Positions 29,542-39,491 of a stretch of DNA of 64,000 bases are shown in pieces. The DNA is from Myxococcota bacterium (GTDB taxonomy: Bacteria; Myxococcota_A; UBA9160; UBA6930), in NCBI GenBank assembly GCA_965223415.1, contig OZ245002.1, positions 1,600,001 through 1,664,000 on the forward strand, read 5' to 3'. The notes beneath the pieces were generated by a model, which was given only the letters and a program-made list of their open reading frames with translations, made no database searches and was not told the DNA's origin. Position numbers and translations under genes: made by a program. Numbering within the stretch: position 1 is the stretch's first letter; every line of letters begins with the position of its first letter.

Positions 29542-29572
29542 TGCATGGTCCTCGTGACTCGCGCAGATCGCG

Positions 29573-29721
29573 CGGCCACGGATCGCTCCGGTCGCGGGTC
29601 CGGACGATCCGGACGGGTTCCCGTCGCGTGGGTGAGCCCCGGGGATCCGGGCCTCGAGGGGATTCGACGGGAAACAGTGGCTGGCCAGGGCCGAGCCAAG
29701 GGAACCGATCGGAGGCCTCTC
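29573..29721 (-). ncRNA. Putative structured 5' leader RNA, copy 1 (upstream of RRM gene)
   Basis: Aligns with 33809..33984 with compensatory changes in the predicted stems; preceded by TGT-TAGCCT extended -10-like box (29738-29730). Confidence 0.65.
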
Positions 29722-29900
29722 AACGACGGAGGCTAACAAGTGTTCCGGATCCGGCCCGGGGAGCCGGAAGCCCCCGGGAACTCAGGCGATTTCCGTCAGC
29801 CCTCGGCCGATGACCAGCCCGAAGCCCTGAGGCCCTCGGGCCTGGGCGCCCGCTCAAGACCTGCCTCCGGCGGTTCGATGCGCTGCTCGGGGAGGCCGCG

Positions 29901-32213
29901 ATGCTTCGATTCACCCGATCTCGGCGCCTGCTCTTGCCTGCGAGCCTCTACCTGGTGCTCGCAACGGCCGGCCTGACGTTTGCGCACCAGGCGGGAGCCC
30001 AGCGCTCGAGTGACGGTGGCGACGACAAGCCGGCGATGGAATGGGTCGCGGACCTGAAATCCCCGACCCCGGGAACCCGCACCCGCGCCACGATCGCCCT
30101 GGCCAAGCTCGAGCCCACCCCGCCCGAGGTGGTCGCCGGGGTCGCCGCACTCCTCGAGCAGGAGAGCTGGTCCGTCCGCGCCCAGGCGCTGATGGTGCTG
30201 GGGAACCTCGGCCCAGAGGCCTCGAGTGCGTTGCCGAGGATCCTGGACGCTCTCCACGACGAGAACGAGCACGTCCGTCGCTCGGCCGCGGGCGCGCTGC
30301 CCAAGGTCCCGGCGCGGACCCACGAGACGCGGCTCGCGCTGGTGGAGATCCTCGCGGCCGAGAACCGCTACCTGCGCACCCAGGCAGGCTACGCCCTGGC
30401 TGCCGTGGGCGACGAGGCGGGAGACGTTGCGCCGGAGCTTGCTCGTCTCGTGACGGGCGACGATCGCCTGGTACGCGAAACGGCCGTCAACGTGCTCGCG
30501 AAGCTTCCCCCCGACGCGGTGGTGCCCGTCCTCATCCCGCTGCTGACCCACGAGGACCGCTCCGTCCGTCAGGGGGCGGCAGGAACGCTGGGCTCCTTCG
30601 GACCGGCGGCGCGGGCCGCAGTCCCGACCCTGGTCGGATTGCTCGACGAGTACCCACACCACCTGATGGCGGTTCACACGCTGGGTCGCATCGGTCCCGG
30701 TGCGAAGGAGTCGATTCCCGCGCTCCTGGCACTCTTCGACAGATCGGATCCCAGCCGCCAGCTGCGGATCGCAGCCGCCCAGGCGCTAGGCGGGATCGGT
30801 CCCGAGCCGCGCGAGGTGCTGCCCCTCTTCCGCGACGAGCTGGCAGCGCAGGAGCTCTCGGAAGCGACCGGGCGCTATCGCACGACGCTCGCTGCGGCGA
30901 TTCTCGAGATGAGCGGTCCCGACGACCCGGCCATCCGGTCCTATGTGAAGCGCCTCGGGCGCGCGGGGAGCAGCTGGATTCCGATGACCCGGGTGGAAGC
31001 GGTCAAAGCCCTCGCCGCCCTCGGTCCCGCAGCGAGCCCGGCGGTGGACTCGCTGCGCTCCTCGCTGCGCGAGGATCGCGAGCCGAAGATCCGCGGCCTC
31101 GCCGCGGAGGCGCTGGGTGGGATCGGCGCAGCGGCGCGCCCGGCCCTGCCGGACCTTCTCGAGGCTCGGACAGACGACGACGAGGAGTACGTCCGCAAGC
31201 GGGCCGACGCCGCCATCGCCAGGATCGAGGCCCGCGGCACCGAGACGGCCCCTCCGGCAGCGGCGGCGAAGTCGACGCCCGGGGCCGAGCGCGCGGAGCG
31301 GCAGAAGGAGATCGCCGCCGACATCGCCGCGCTCGGCGCTTCGGGATCGCGTCAGACGCGAGCCGCCCTCCGGCTGCTCGAGCGCGCTCCCGAGAGCCTT
31401 CCCGCCCTGCACAGGGCCGTACTCTCGCCGGATACCGACGAGGCGGCCCGGGGCCGCCTGATCGCGCTGCTCCTCGACCTCGGCGATCCCCGCTCGGTGG
31501 ACGTCCTCCTCCAGGCGGTGCGGGCCCATCCGCAGGAGCGCGGGCTCCGCATCGACGTCCTGCGTGCGCTGGGCGAGCTGCCCCCGACCGAGGCCTCGTT
31601 CGAGTTCGCGAGACGTACGCTCGTCGACGCCCAGGAGATCCCGCGCGCCAAGCGCCAGGCGCTCCTCTACTTCGCCATGCAGCGCGACGAGCGTGGGCGC
31701 GAGTGGGCTGAGCGCTTCCGGAACAGTCCCGACCTCGACTTGCGTGCGGCCTCGCTCTACCTGGCCGCGTCGATCGGAGACACGACCGCCCTGGAGCCCG
31801 CTACGACGCTCCTTCGCGAGCAGCCGCGATCCTCGATCCGCTACGGCTTGCTGCTGGCCCTGACGGAATTGGTGGATCCGGCGGAGCTCGTGCGGCGCGT
31901 CGAGCCGGAGCAACGGCACGGCGACGCGTACGACAGCGCACTGCGCATCGCGAAGCTGCGGTCCGCCGCGCCGAACGAGCGCGTGGCATTGGCTCGCGAG
32001 ATGATCGAATCGCCCTTCCCGAACGAACGCCGCATCGCGATGAGGGCTCTCATCGAGAGGAACGCGCTGGGCGAGCTCGCGTCCCTGCTCGAGCAGTGGT
32101 GGTTCGTCCCGGCACACGTGCGCGCCACCGTAGCGGCCGAGCTCTACCGCGGTGGCTATCGCTTCGTGGAGAGGGACCGGCGCCTCGAGATCGCGAGACG
32201 GCAGTCGGGCTGA
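29901..32213 (+). CDS. HEAT/PBS-lyase repeat protein with signal peptide
   Basis: Many VRxxAAxALGxIGPxA-type repeats; N-terminal signal peptide. Confidence 0.85.
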   Translation: MLRFTRSRRLLLPASLYLVLATAGLTFAHQAGAQRSSDGGDDKPAMEWVADLKSPTPGTRTRATIALAKLEPTPPEVVAGVAALLEQESWSVRAQALMVLGNLGPEASSALPRILDALHDENEHVRRSAAGALPKVPARTHETRLALVEILAAENRYLRTQAGYALAAVGDEAGDVAPELARLVTGDDRLVRETAVNVLAKLPPDAVVPVLIPLLTHEDRSVRQGAAGTLGSFGPAARAAVPTLVGLLDEYPHHLMAVHTLGRIGPGAKESIPALLALFDRSDPSRQLRIAAAQALGGIGPEPREVLPLFRDELAAQELSEATGRYRTTLAAAILEMSGPDDPAIRSYVKRLGRAGSSWIPMTRVEAVKALAALGPAASPAVDSLRSSLREDREPKIRGLAAEALGGIGAAARPALPDLLEARTDDDEEYVRKRADAAIARIEARGTETAPPAAAAKSTPGAERAERQKEIAADIAALGASGSRQTRAALRLLERAPESLPALHRAVLSPDTDEAARGRLIALLLDLGDPRSVDVLLQAVRAHPQERGLRIDVLRALGELPPTEASFEFARRTLVDAQEIPRAKRQALLYFAMQRDERGREWAERFRNSPDLDLRAASLYLAASIGDTTALEPATTLLREQPRSSIRYGLLLALTELVDPAELVRRVEPEQRHGDAYDSALRIAKLRSAAPNERVALAREMIESPFPNERRIAMRALIERNALGELASLLEQWWFVPAHVRATVAAELYRGGYRFVERDRRLEIARRQSG

Positions 32214-32349
32214 GGGGAGGCCGCTGAGCGGCGATTCGTTCTCTGCGGCCCAGCTCGCGAACTCGCCGGGGCTCTCCACGGGGTCAACGCCATCCCATCG
32301 CCGCCGGGTCCGTCGGCGAGGGTCGGCAGGAAGCCCCTAGAATCCCGCC

Positions 32350-33327
32350 ATGCGAATCATCATCGATACCGATCCCGCGATGGGCACGTTGGGCGGCGAT
32401 CCCGAGGACTCGTTCGCCATCATGCTGGCGCTGGGCTCACCGGAGGTCGTGGTGGAGGGCATCACGATCGTCCAGGGCAACGTCCCCGCCGAGAAGGGCT
32501 ATTCGAACGCCCACCATCTCCTTCGGCTCCTCGGCCGGGAGGACGTGCCGCTGCGGCGGGGGTGCCTGCGCCCCCTCAGCACCGAGCGGAAGGTCCAGGT
32601 CACGTGGTTGGAGCGTCGCTATGGGTCCAAGCAGATCACCGAGAGGGTCGAGCCCTCGGACGCGGAGGCGGATGCCGCCTCCTTCCTGATCGACACCGCC
32701 CTGGCCAACCCGGGCGAGATCACCCTGGTGACGATCGGGCCCCTCACCAACGTCGCTGCGGCCATGCAGCGGGCGCCGGAGCTCGCCGGGGCCCTCGAGC
32801 GAATCGTGATGATGGGCGGCACGGCGGCTTGCGCCGGGAACATCTCCCCGGCCGCCGAGTTCAACTACTGGCAGGATCCGGAGGCCGCCGACGTCGTGTT
32901 CCGGTCGGGCGCGGACATGACCATGGTGGGCCTCGACGTCTGTCACCAGACCCAGCTCCGTCCGGAGCAGGTCGAGGAGTGCGCGAGGGCCGGCTCGGAC
33001 CTGGGACGGTTCGTGCTCGAGGCCACGGCGCCCTGGTTCAAGATCATGGCCGCGGGCTCCGGCACCGAGGCCCTGCACCTCTACGACAGCCTCGCCATGG
33101 CCGTCGCCATCGATCCCGGCCTGGTGACCCTCGCGGACTCCTTCGTGGAGATCGAGACCGGGAGCGGGCCGGCCCAGGGGATGAGCGTGTCGCACCACCT
33201 CCTCTATCAGCGGGCGATCTTCGGCCATCGCGAGACGAACGCGAAGGTGGCGCTGGACGTCGACGCGGAGAGGTTTCACGAGCTCTTCCGCCGGAGGGTC
33301 CTCGACTCGATCGCGGGAGGTGCGTGA
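32350..33327 (+). CDS. Nucleoside hydrolase (IU-NH family)
   Basis: IIDTDP..DPEDSFA, IGPLTNVA, AEFNYWQDPEAA and LYDSLA motifs. Confidence 0.9.
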   Translation: MRIIIDTDPAMGTLGGDPEDSFAIMLALGSPEVVVEGITIVQGNVPAEKGYSNAHHLLRLLGREDVPLRRGCLRPLSTERKVQVTWLERRYGSKQITERVEPSDAEADAASFLIDTALANPGEITLVTIGPLTNVAAAMQRAPELAGALERIVMMGGTAACAGNISPAAEFNYWQDPEAADVVFRSGADMTMVGLDVCHQTQLRPEQVEECARAGSDLGRFVLEATAPWFKIMAAGSGTEALHLYDSLAMAVAIDPGLVTLADSFVEIETGSGPAQGMSVSHHLLYQRAIFGHRETNAKVALDVDAERFHELFRRRVLDSIAGGA

Positions 33328-33357
33328 CCCGCGGCGAAGCGACCCGGCCACGGCGGG

Positions 33358-33798
33358 TCACTCGGGCGGGGGCACCCGCTTCAGCCGTTCCGGCACGTTC
33401 GGGGGCTGCGCCTTGCGGTGGTTGGCGATCAGCTGGTCCTCCAGAATCTGGCGAGTCCAGCTGTACATGCAGTCGTTTGCCAGGGCGCCGACGGGCTTCT
33501 TGCACATCACGTCGCGCCGGGACCAGAGCAGGATGAAGGGCTTGTCCAGCTCTCGCGCCAGGAGCAGCTCGGCCGCGACCTGGGGCGACGCGTCCGTGTG
33601 CTCGCCGCAGACGAAGACCACCTGCTCCGCCGCGGCGATCTCCCGGCGGGCACGCTGGTGCCAGGCGTCCGTCATGTCGCCGCCTCGCGAGCGGCCACAC
33701 AGCTCGAAGACCGGCGGGCCGTCGGTGCTCGAGGCGATCCGATCGAGGGCGTCCGCGTCGTGGTCGACGTCGAAGGCGAGGTAGATGCGGTGCGTCAT
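33358..33798 (-). CDS. Stand-alone TIR-like (MTH538/DUF1863, ThsB-type) domain protein
   Basis: RIYLAFDVDHD..RREIAAAEQVVFVCGEHTDASPQVAAELLLARELDKPFILL. Confidence 0.72.
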   Translation of the reverse strand: MTHRIYLAFDVDHDADALDRIASSTDGPPVFELCGRSRGGDMTDAWHQRARREIAAAEQVVFVCGEHTDASPQVAAELLLARELDKPFILLWSRRDVMCKKPVGALANDCMYSWTRQILEDQLIANHRKAQPPNVPERLKRVPPPE

Positions 33799-33808
33799 GG
33801 TCGTCCCT

Positions 33809-33984
33809 CGGCCACGGTCGGCGCCGGTCACGGGCCCGGACGATCCGGACGGCGTTCCGCCGCATGGAGGATCCGGTTGCCGTCGGTGACATCTGCGTCT
33901 TCGGCGGCGCCGGAACCTGGAGGGTAGTTCGACGGAAACGGAGGCAAGGCGAAGCCGTGCCTGGGGATCTATCGGTGACCTCTC
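33809..33984 (-). ncRNA. Putative structured 5' leader RNA, copy 2 (upstream of TIR-like gene)
   Basis: Homologous to 29573..29721; preceded by TATTTT -10-like box (33998-33993) at the same 8-nt spacing. Confidence 0.65.
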
Positions 33985-34133
33985 GTAGGCAAAAAATAGC
34001 GAACCTGGCCTCGAACGCTCGCTGCCGCCGTCGGGCGCACCGGGTGCTACCGGCGCGATCGCGAGCCGTGTAGCGTCAGCGTTGCGGCGGCCTCGGCCCG
34101 GCGAGGCCGCCGGGACACCACGGGGACTCCAAC

Positions 34134-35246
34134 TTGAACCGCTTCTCTGCCGAAGAGCGCCTTGCCCTCCAGGAGTCGGTTCGGCAGCTGCTCGCCAACG
34201 AGAGCGACGAGCGCGCCGTACGAGCGACGATGGACACGACGAGCGGCTACGACCCGGAGCTCTGGAAGCAGCTCGCCGAGATGGGAGTGGTCGGACTGAT
34301 CGTAGACGAAGCCCACGGCGGAGCGGGCCTCGGCCCGGTGGAGCTGGAAACGGTCATGGAGGAGGTTGGCGCGGCGCTGCTGTGCTCGCCCCTTCTCGCC
34401 AGCGGCGTTCTCGCGGCCGCCCTGCTCGGGGCGCTGGGCGACGAGCAGACCAACGCCCGCCTGCTGCCGGGCATCGCCGATGGAAGCCGCATCGCCACCG
34501 CCGCACTCACCGGGGCCCGCGGTCGCTGGACGCCGGACGGCGTCGCGATCTCGGCGGAGGCGGATGGAGCGGTTTGGAGGCTCACGGGCCACGCCGGCTT
34601 CGTGCTGCACGGTCAGAACGCCGACGTCCTGTTGGTGCTCGCCAACACGGCCCAGGGCCTTGGCTGCTTCGTGGCCGAACCCGGCCCGCCCGGTATCGAG
34701 ATCTCCCCCCTGCCCACCTTCGACCACACCCTGAGGCTGGCGGAGGTCGCCTTCGAGGGCGCGGTCGCCGAGCCCGTGGCCGCGCGGATCCCGGCCTGGG
34801 AGGCGGTGCGGCGCGCCATGGACGTGACCCTCGTCGCACTCGCGGGGGAGCAGGCGGGCGCCGCCAGGCGCTGCCTCGCGTTCACGGTCGACTACGCCAG
34901 GAGCCGCATCCAGTTCGGCCGGGCCATCGGCAGCTTCCAGGCGGTGAAGCACATGGCGGCGGATCTCCTGCTCGAGACGGAATCGGCCACCTCGGCGGCG
35001 CGCCACGCCGCGGCCCGGCTCGCCGAGGATGTGGACGGCGCGGCCCAGGCGGTGAGCCTGGCCGCCTTTGCCTGCGCGGACGCCTTCGTCACCACCGCGG
35101 CGGACAGCATCCAGATGCACGGCGGCATCGCCTTCACCTGGGAGCACCCGGCGCATCTGTACCTGCGGCGTGCCCGGGCAGACGCCCAGCTGTTCGGCTC
35201 CCCCTCGTTCCATCGGGAGCGATTCCTCGAAGCCCTGGGTGCGTGA
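34134..35246 (+). CDS. Acyl-CoA dehydrogenase (short subunit of a paired ACAD)
   Basis: RIQFGRAIGSFQAVKH and IQMHGGIAFTWEHPAHLYLRRA motifs. Confidence 0.9.
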   Translation: MNRFSAEERLALQESVRQLLANESDERAVRATMDTTSGYDPELWKQLAEMGVVGLIVDEAHGGAGLGPVELETVMEEVGAALLCSPLLASGVLAAALLGALGDEQTNARLLPGIADGSRIATAALTGARGRWTPDGVAISAEADGAVWRLTGHAGFVLHGQNADVLLVLANTAQGLGCFVAEPGPPGIEISPLPTFDHTLRLAEVAFEGAVAEPVAARIPAWEAVRRAMDVTLVALAGEQAGAARRCLAFTVDYARSRIQFGRAIGSFQAVKHMAADLLLETESATSAARHAAARLAEDVDGAAQAVSLAAFACADAFVTTAADSIQMHGGIAFTWEHPAHLYLRRARADAQLFGSPSFHRERFLEALGA

Positions 35247-35247
35247 C

Positions 35248-36468
35248 ATGTCCCCTGGAAAGCCGATGAGCGACGACGAGCTGCGCCAGGAGGTCCGCGA
35301 GTGGCTGGCGGAAAGCTGGTCCGAGGAGAGAGCGGCTGCGCTGAGGGAGCAACCGGTCTGGGGCTCCTCGACCGAGCTGACGGCCTGGCTCGGCGAGGTG
35401 GTGGAGGCGCGATGGGCCGTGCCGAGCTGGCCCGCCCGTTGGTTCGGGCGCGACCTGGACGACGCCCAGGCGAAGATCGTCGCCCAGGAGTTCCGCCGCG
35501 CGCGGGCACCGGGCGCCGGGCAGGACCGGTCGAACATGTGGGCCAACACGCTGCTCGCACGCGGCACGGACGCGCTCAAGGCCCGGCTGCTCGGCCCGCT
35601 CCTGAAGAACGAAGTCAACATGTGCCTCCTCTACAGCGAGCCCGGCGCCGGCTCGGACCTGGCGGGCATCCGCACCCGAGCCGACCGGAAGGGAGACCAC
35701 TTCGTCGTCAACGGGCAGAAGGTCTGGACCTCCGGCGCCGCGATCGCGGACTACGGCATGCTGATCGCGCGCACTGATTGGGACGTACCCAAGCATCAGG
35801 GCATCAGCTTCTTCTTCTGCCCGATGAAGCAGCCCGGCATCGAGGTGCGCCCCCTGCGCCAGATCACCGACGAGAGCCACTTCAACCAGGTCTTCATCAC
35901 CGATGCCCACGTGCCGGCGGAGAATCTGCTCGGAGAGGAGGGCTCCGGATGGCGGGTGCTGCAGACCGCCCTCGCCTACGAGCGCTCGCTGCTGGGCGAT
36001 GCCGCCCGCGGCGCTCGGAGCGGTGCCAAGGAGGCCGCGCACGAAGAAGTGCTCGTCTCGTTGGCCCGCGAGGCCCACGTACTCGACGACCCTGCACTTC
36101 GGCAGGAGATCGCCCAGGCCATCGCCTACAAGAGGCTGAACGCCTTGAACAACGCCCGGGTCAAAGCCGAGATGGAGCAGGGCACGAGCTCGTCGCTGAT
36201 GAGCCTCGGCAAGCTGGCCATGTCCCGGGTCCTCCACGAGGAGGCCCGGGTCCGCACCGCGATCCTGGGCGCGCGGAGCCTGTTCGAAGGCAGCGACCAT
36301 CCGCGGGCCGAGGATGCGAACTTCCTGACCCTGAACGCCTACTTCACTTCGATCGGCGGCGGCACCGACCAGATCCAGCGCAACATCATCGGCGAGCGGG
36401 TACTCGGCCTGCCGAAGGAGCCGGAGGTCGACACGGCCGTTCCCTTCCGCAAAGTGCGCAAGAGCTAG
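35248..36468 (+). CDS. Acyl-CoA dehydrogenase
   Basis: LYSEPGAGSDLA, NGQKVWTS and IGGGTDQIQRNIIGERVLGLP motifs. Confidence 0.9.
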   Translation: MSPGKPMSDDELRQEVREWLAESWSEERAAALREQPVWGSSTELTAWLGEVVEARWAVPSWPARWFGRDLDDAQAKIVAQEFRRARAPGAGQDRSNMWANTLLARGTDALKARLLGPLLKNEVNMCLLYSEPGAGSDLAGIRTRADRKGDHFVVNGQKVWTSGAAIADYGMLIARTDWDVPKHQGISFFFCPMKQPGIEVRPLRQITDESHFNQVFITDAHVPAENLLGEEGSGWRVLQTALAYERSLLGDAARGARSGAKEAAHEEVLVSLAREAHVLDDPALRQEIAQAIAYKRLNALNNARVKAEMEQGTSSSLMSLGKLAMSRVLHEEARVRTAILGARSLFEGSDHPRAEDANFLTLNAYFTSIGGGTDQIQRNIIGERVLGLPKEPEVDTAVPFRKVRKS

Positions 36469-36533
36469 GGCGACTCACGGCAAGCGCCGCGTGGAGGCGC
36501 AGGTGGTCGATGTGCCGCCGGAGCGACGGCCGC

Positions 36534-37682
36534 CTAGAGACCGAGCTCCCGGGCGATCATGTTCCGTTGGAGCTCGCTCGATCCCTCGCCGAGCTCGAAG
36601 ACCTTGCAGTCGCGGTAGTAGCGCTGGATGGGCGAATCGCTCAGGTAGCCCGACGCGCCGTGGTAGTGGAGCGCCCGCTCCACGATGTGGGTGCACGCTT
36701 CCGTGGCATAGAGCTTGGCCATGGATGCCTCGCGACCGTGCGGAAGCCCGCGGTCCGCCGCGATCGCGGCCCGGTGACAGAGCAGCCTGGCGGCCTCGAT
36801 CCGCACCGCCATGTCGGCGATCCCGAAGCGCACGGCCTGGAAGCTGCCGATGGGCTGGCCGAACTGGACCCGGTCCCCGGCATGAGCGAGCGTCGCTTCG
36901 AAGGCGGCGCGCGCCACCCCGATCGCGAAGGCCGCGGAGGCGATCCGCCCGAGGGTGAGGGTCGCGAGCGAATCCAGGAAGCCGCCGTGCTCGCGACCGA
37001 TGAGGTTCCCCTTCGGAACGCGGCAATCGTCGAACACGAGCGCACCCATCTCGGAAGCCCGCACGCCCAGCTTGGAGAGGGAGGCTTCGACACGAAAGCC
37101 GGGCCGGTCGCACTCGACGAGGAACAGGGAGAGGCCCTTCAGCCGCTTCTCGGGGGCCGTCGACGCCACGACGACGAGGAAGTCCGCGATCGGGCCGTTC
37201 GTGATGAACATCTTGGAGCCGTTGATCACGTACGCGTCCCCGTCGGCGACGGCGCGGGTCGCGACCTGGCCCGCGTCGGAGCCGGCGCCGTCCTCGGCGA
37301 AGGCCCAGCCTCCGATCTTCCGGCCGGAGAGCGCGGCCGGAAGCCACTTCGCGCGAACCTCTGACGAGCCGAAGGCCTCGAGCGCGGCGCAGGCCAGCGC
37401 CATGTGGACGTAGATGCCCAGGGCGATGCCGCCGGATCCGTAGGCGAGCTCCTCGCAGAGGAACGCGTAGTCGAGATTGCTGCCTCCCGACCCTCCCACC
37501 TCTTCCGGGAACCCGAGCCCGAGGTAGCCGAGGGAGCCGAGCTTCGGGAAGAGCTGCACGGGAAAGCGCTCCTCCGCGTCGCACTCGGCGGCCAGCGGCG
37601 CGACCTCTCGGGAGACGAACTCGCGCAGGGCCCGCTGGAGCTCCCGCTGCTCGTCGCTCAGGTAGAAGTCGGGCTCGGCCAC
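36534..37682 (-). CDS. Acyl-CoA dehydrogenase
   Basis: GTG start; AEDGAGSD, NGSKMFITNG and LGEGSSELQR motifs. Confidence 0.9.
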   Translation of the reverse strand: MAEPDFYLSDEQRELQRALREFVSREVAPLAAECDAEERFPVQLFPKLGSLGYLGLGFPEEVGGSGGSNLDYAFLCEELAYGSGGIALGIYVHMALACAALEAFGSSEVRAKWLPAALSGRKIGGWAFAEDGAGSDAGQVATRAVADGDAYVINGSKMFITNGPIADFLVVVASTAPEKRLKGLSLFLVECDRPGFRVEASLSKLGVRASEMGALVFDDCRVPKGNLIGREHGGFLDSLATLTLGRIASAAFAIGVARAAFEATLAHAGDRVQFGQPIGSFQAVRFGIADMAVRIEAARLLCHRAAIAADRGLPHGREASMAKLYATEACTHIVERALHYHGASGYLSDSPIQRYYRDCKVFELGEGSSELQRNMIARELGL

Positions 37683-37683
37683 C

Positions 37684-38463
37684 TCACTGCCCCCGGAAGA
37701 CGGGCGGGCGCTTCTCCTGGAACGCCCGCACACCCTCGCGATGGTCTTCGCTCTGGATGCACTGCACCTGGGCGAAGATCTCGAACTCGAACTCGGCCTC
37801 CATGTCCACGCCGAGAGACCGGTGGATGGCGCGCTTCGTCCAGCGGTGCGCGATGGGTGGGCCCGCGGCCAGCTGGGCGGCGAGTGCCGCGACCTCATCC
37901 TGGAAGGCGTCGGGCCCGGCCACGCGATGGACGAGGCCGATCTCCAGGGCTTCGGCCGCCTCGACCAGGCGGCCGGTGAACATCATCTCCGTGGCAGTCC
38001 CGAGGCCGAGCAGACGCGGCAGGAACCAGCCGGCGGACATGTCGCAGCCCGCCAGACCGATGGGCGTGAAGGGCGCCCCCAGCCGGATGCCCGCTGCGGC
38101 GATGCGGAAGTCGCAGGCCAGGGCCAGGCCGAGCCCGCCTCCCACCGCGTCGCCGTGCAGGGCGGCGACGACCGGCTTGTCCATGCCGACGATCGCGCGC
38201 ACCGGATCCAGGTAGCGGCGCACGATCGGCTCCCATTCCTGGGAGCCCCGCAAGGTCATCTCGGCCTGGTCGGCGCCGGCGCAGAACTTCCGACCCCTTC
38301 CGGCCAAGACGACCACCCGAACCTCCTCCGACGCGCCGACCTCGGTGAGCGCTTCCACGAGGCAGTCGACGGTCGGAATGGCGAGGGTGTTGAGTCGATC
38401 GGGGCGGTTGAGGGTGACGGTGCCGACACCGTCGGCCACCTGGACCAGGACTTCGTCGCTCAT
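37684..38463 (-). CDS. Enoyl-CoA hydratase/isomerase
   Basis: TLNRPDRLN, FCAGAD and HGDAVGGGLGLALACDFR motifs. Confidence 0.9.
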   Translation of the reverse strand: MSDEVLVQVADGVGTVTLNRPDRLNTLAIPTVDCLVEALTEVGASEEVRVVVLAGRGRKFCAGADQAEMTLRGSQEWEPIVRRYLDPVRAIVGMDKPVVAALHGDAVGGGLGLALACDFRIAAAGIRLGAPFTPIGLAGCDMSAGWFLPRLLGLGTATEMMFTGRLVEAAEALEIGLVHRVAGPDAFQDEVAALAAQLAAGPPIAHRWTKRAIHRSLGVDMEAEFEFEIFAQVQCIQSEDHREGVRAFQEKRPPVFRGQ

Positions 38464-39491
38464 CGGCTGGATTCCTCGGCACGGGGAAGGATCACGGTTC
38501 GGGCGGGCCCGCTCGGCTCGGAGAAGACCCGCACGGCGTCGTCGAGCGGCACCTCCCTCGCCACCGAGCGAGACACGTCGAGGCGGCCCCGCTGCACGAG
38601 ATCGAGCACCAGCTCGATCTCGGCCGGGGTCGAGCCGAACGACCCGTGGATACTCAGCTCCGTGCCGATGAACTGGGAGAGGGGCGGGAGCATGGGACGG
38701 CCGGGACCGACGCCGACCACGACCAGCCGCCCCCCCGCGACGAGCGCCGCGAGACCGAGCTCGACCGTCTCGGGCCTGCCGACGCACTCGAGGGCGAGAG
38801 TCGCACCCGGTGCGAGTCGACGCAGCGATCGCCCGGCGTACTCCTCGGCGGCGGGATCGAGAACCGCATCCGCTCCCGCCTCGAGCGCCGCCTTCCGGGC
38901 AGCCTCCGAGGGGTCGGCGGCCACCACGCAGGCCGCGCCGGCGAGCCGCGCCAGCTGGATCGCGTGGAGACCCAGGCCCCCGGCGCCGATCACGACCACC
39001 GTCTCCCCCGCGCGCAGGCGGCCCACCGAATAGAGCGCGTGGAGGGGCGTCGCGATCGCGTCGGACGCGATCGCACCCACCGGGCTCGAGACCGTGTCGG
39101 GCAGACGGAGGAGACAAGATGCGGGAAGTGCGATCCGCTCCGCGAAGCCGCCCTGTCGCGCCATTCCCAGCACTGCGGGCCTGCGGCAGCGATTGGATGC
39201 ACCGGCGAGGCAGGCGGCGCACTGCCCGCAGGTCACCTGGCCGAAGGAGGCGACACGTTCCCCCGGCTCGAAGGTCTTGACGTCGGACCCCGTGCCCACG
39301 ACCGTGGCGGCGATCTCGTGGCCGAGCACGGTGCCGGGCGCCACGCCGAGCTCGCCCTCGAGGATGTGGCGATCGGTTCCGCACACGCCCGCCGCGTCGA
39401 CGGCCAGGAGAACCTCGTCCGAAGCCGGCTCCGGATCGGCGACCTCCTCGAGACGGATCTCGCCCGGCCCCCGATAGACCAGCGCCCTCAT
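38460..39491 (-). CDS. Zn-dependent alcohol dehydrogenase (MDR)
   Basis: GVCGTD, LGHE, CGQCAAC..C and GAGGLG motifs. Confidence 0.9.
   Translation of the reverse strand: MRALVYRGPGEIRLEEVADPEPASDEVLLAVDAAGVCGTDRHILEGELGVAPGTVLGHEIAATVVGTGSDVKTFEPGERVASFGQVTCGQCAACLAGASNRCRRPAVLGMARQGGFAERIALPASCLLRLPDTVSSPVGAIASDAIATPLHALYSVGRLRAGETVVVIGAGGLGLHAIQLARLAGAACVVAADPSEAARKAALEAGADAVLDPAAEEYAGRSLRRLAPGATLALECVGRPETVELGLAALVAGGRLVVVGVGPGRPMLPPLSQFIGTELSIHGSFGSTPAEIELVLDLVQRGRLDVSRSVAREVPLDDAVRVFSEPSGPARTVILPRAEESSR

Noticed and set aside
29901..33798. HEAT protein + nucleoside hydrolase + TIR as a Thoeris-like defence operon
   Set aside because: The TIR gene is convergent with its own leader, the HEAT protein has a signal peptide, and the hydrolase looks like an ordinary IU-NH; there is no operon evidence.
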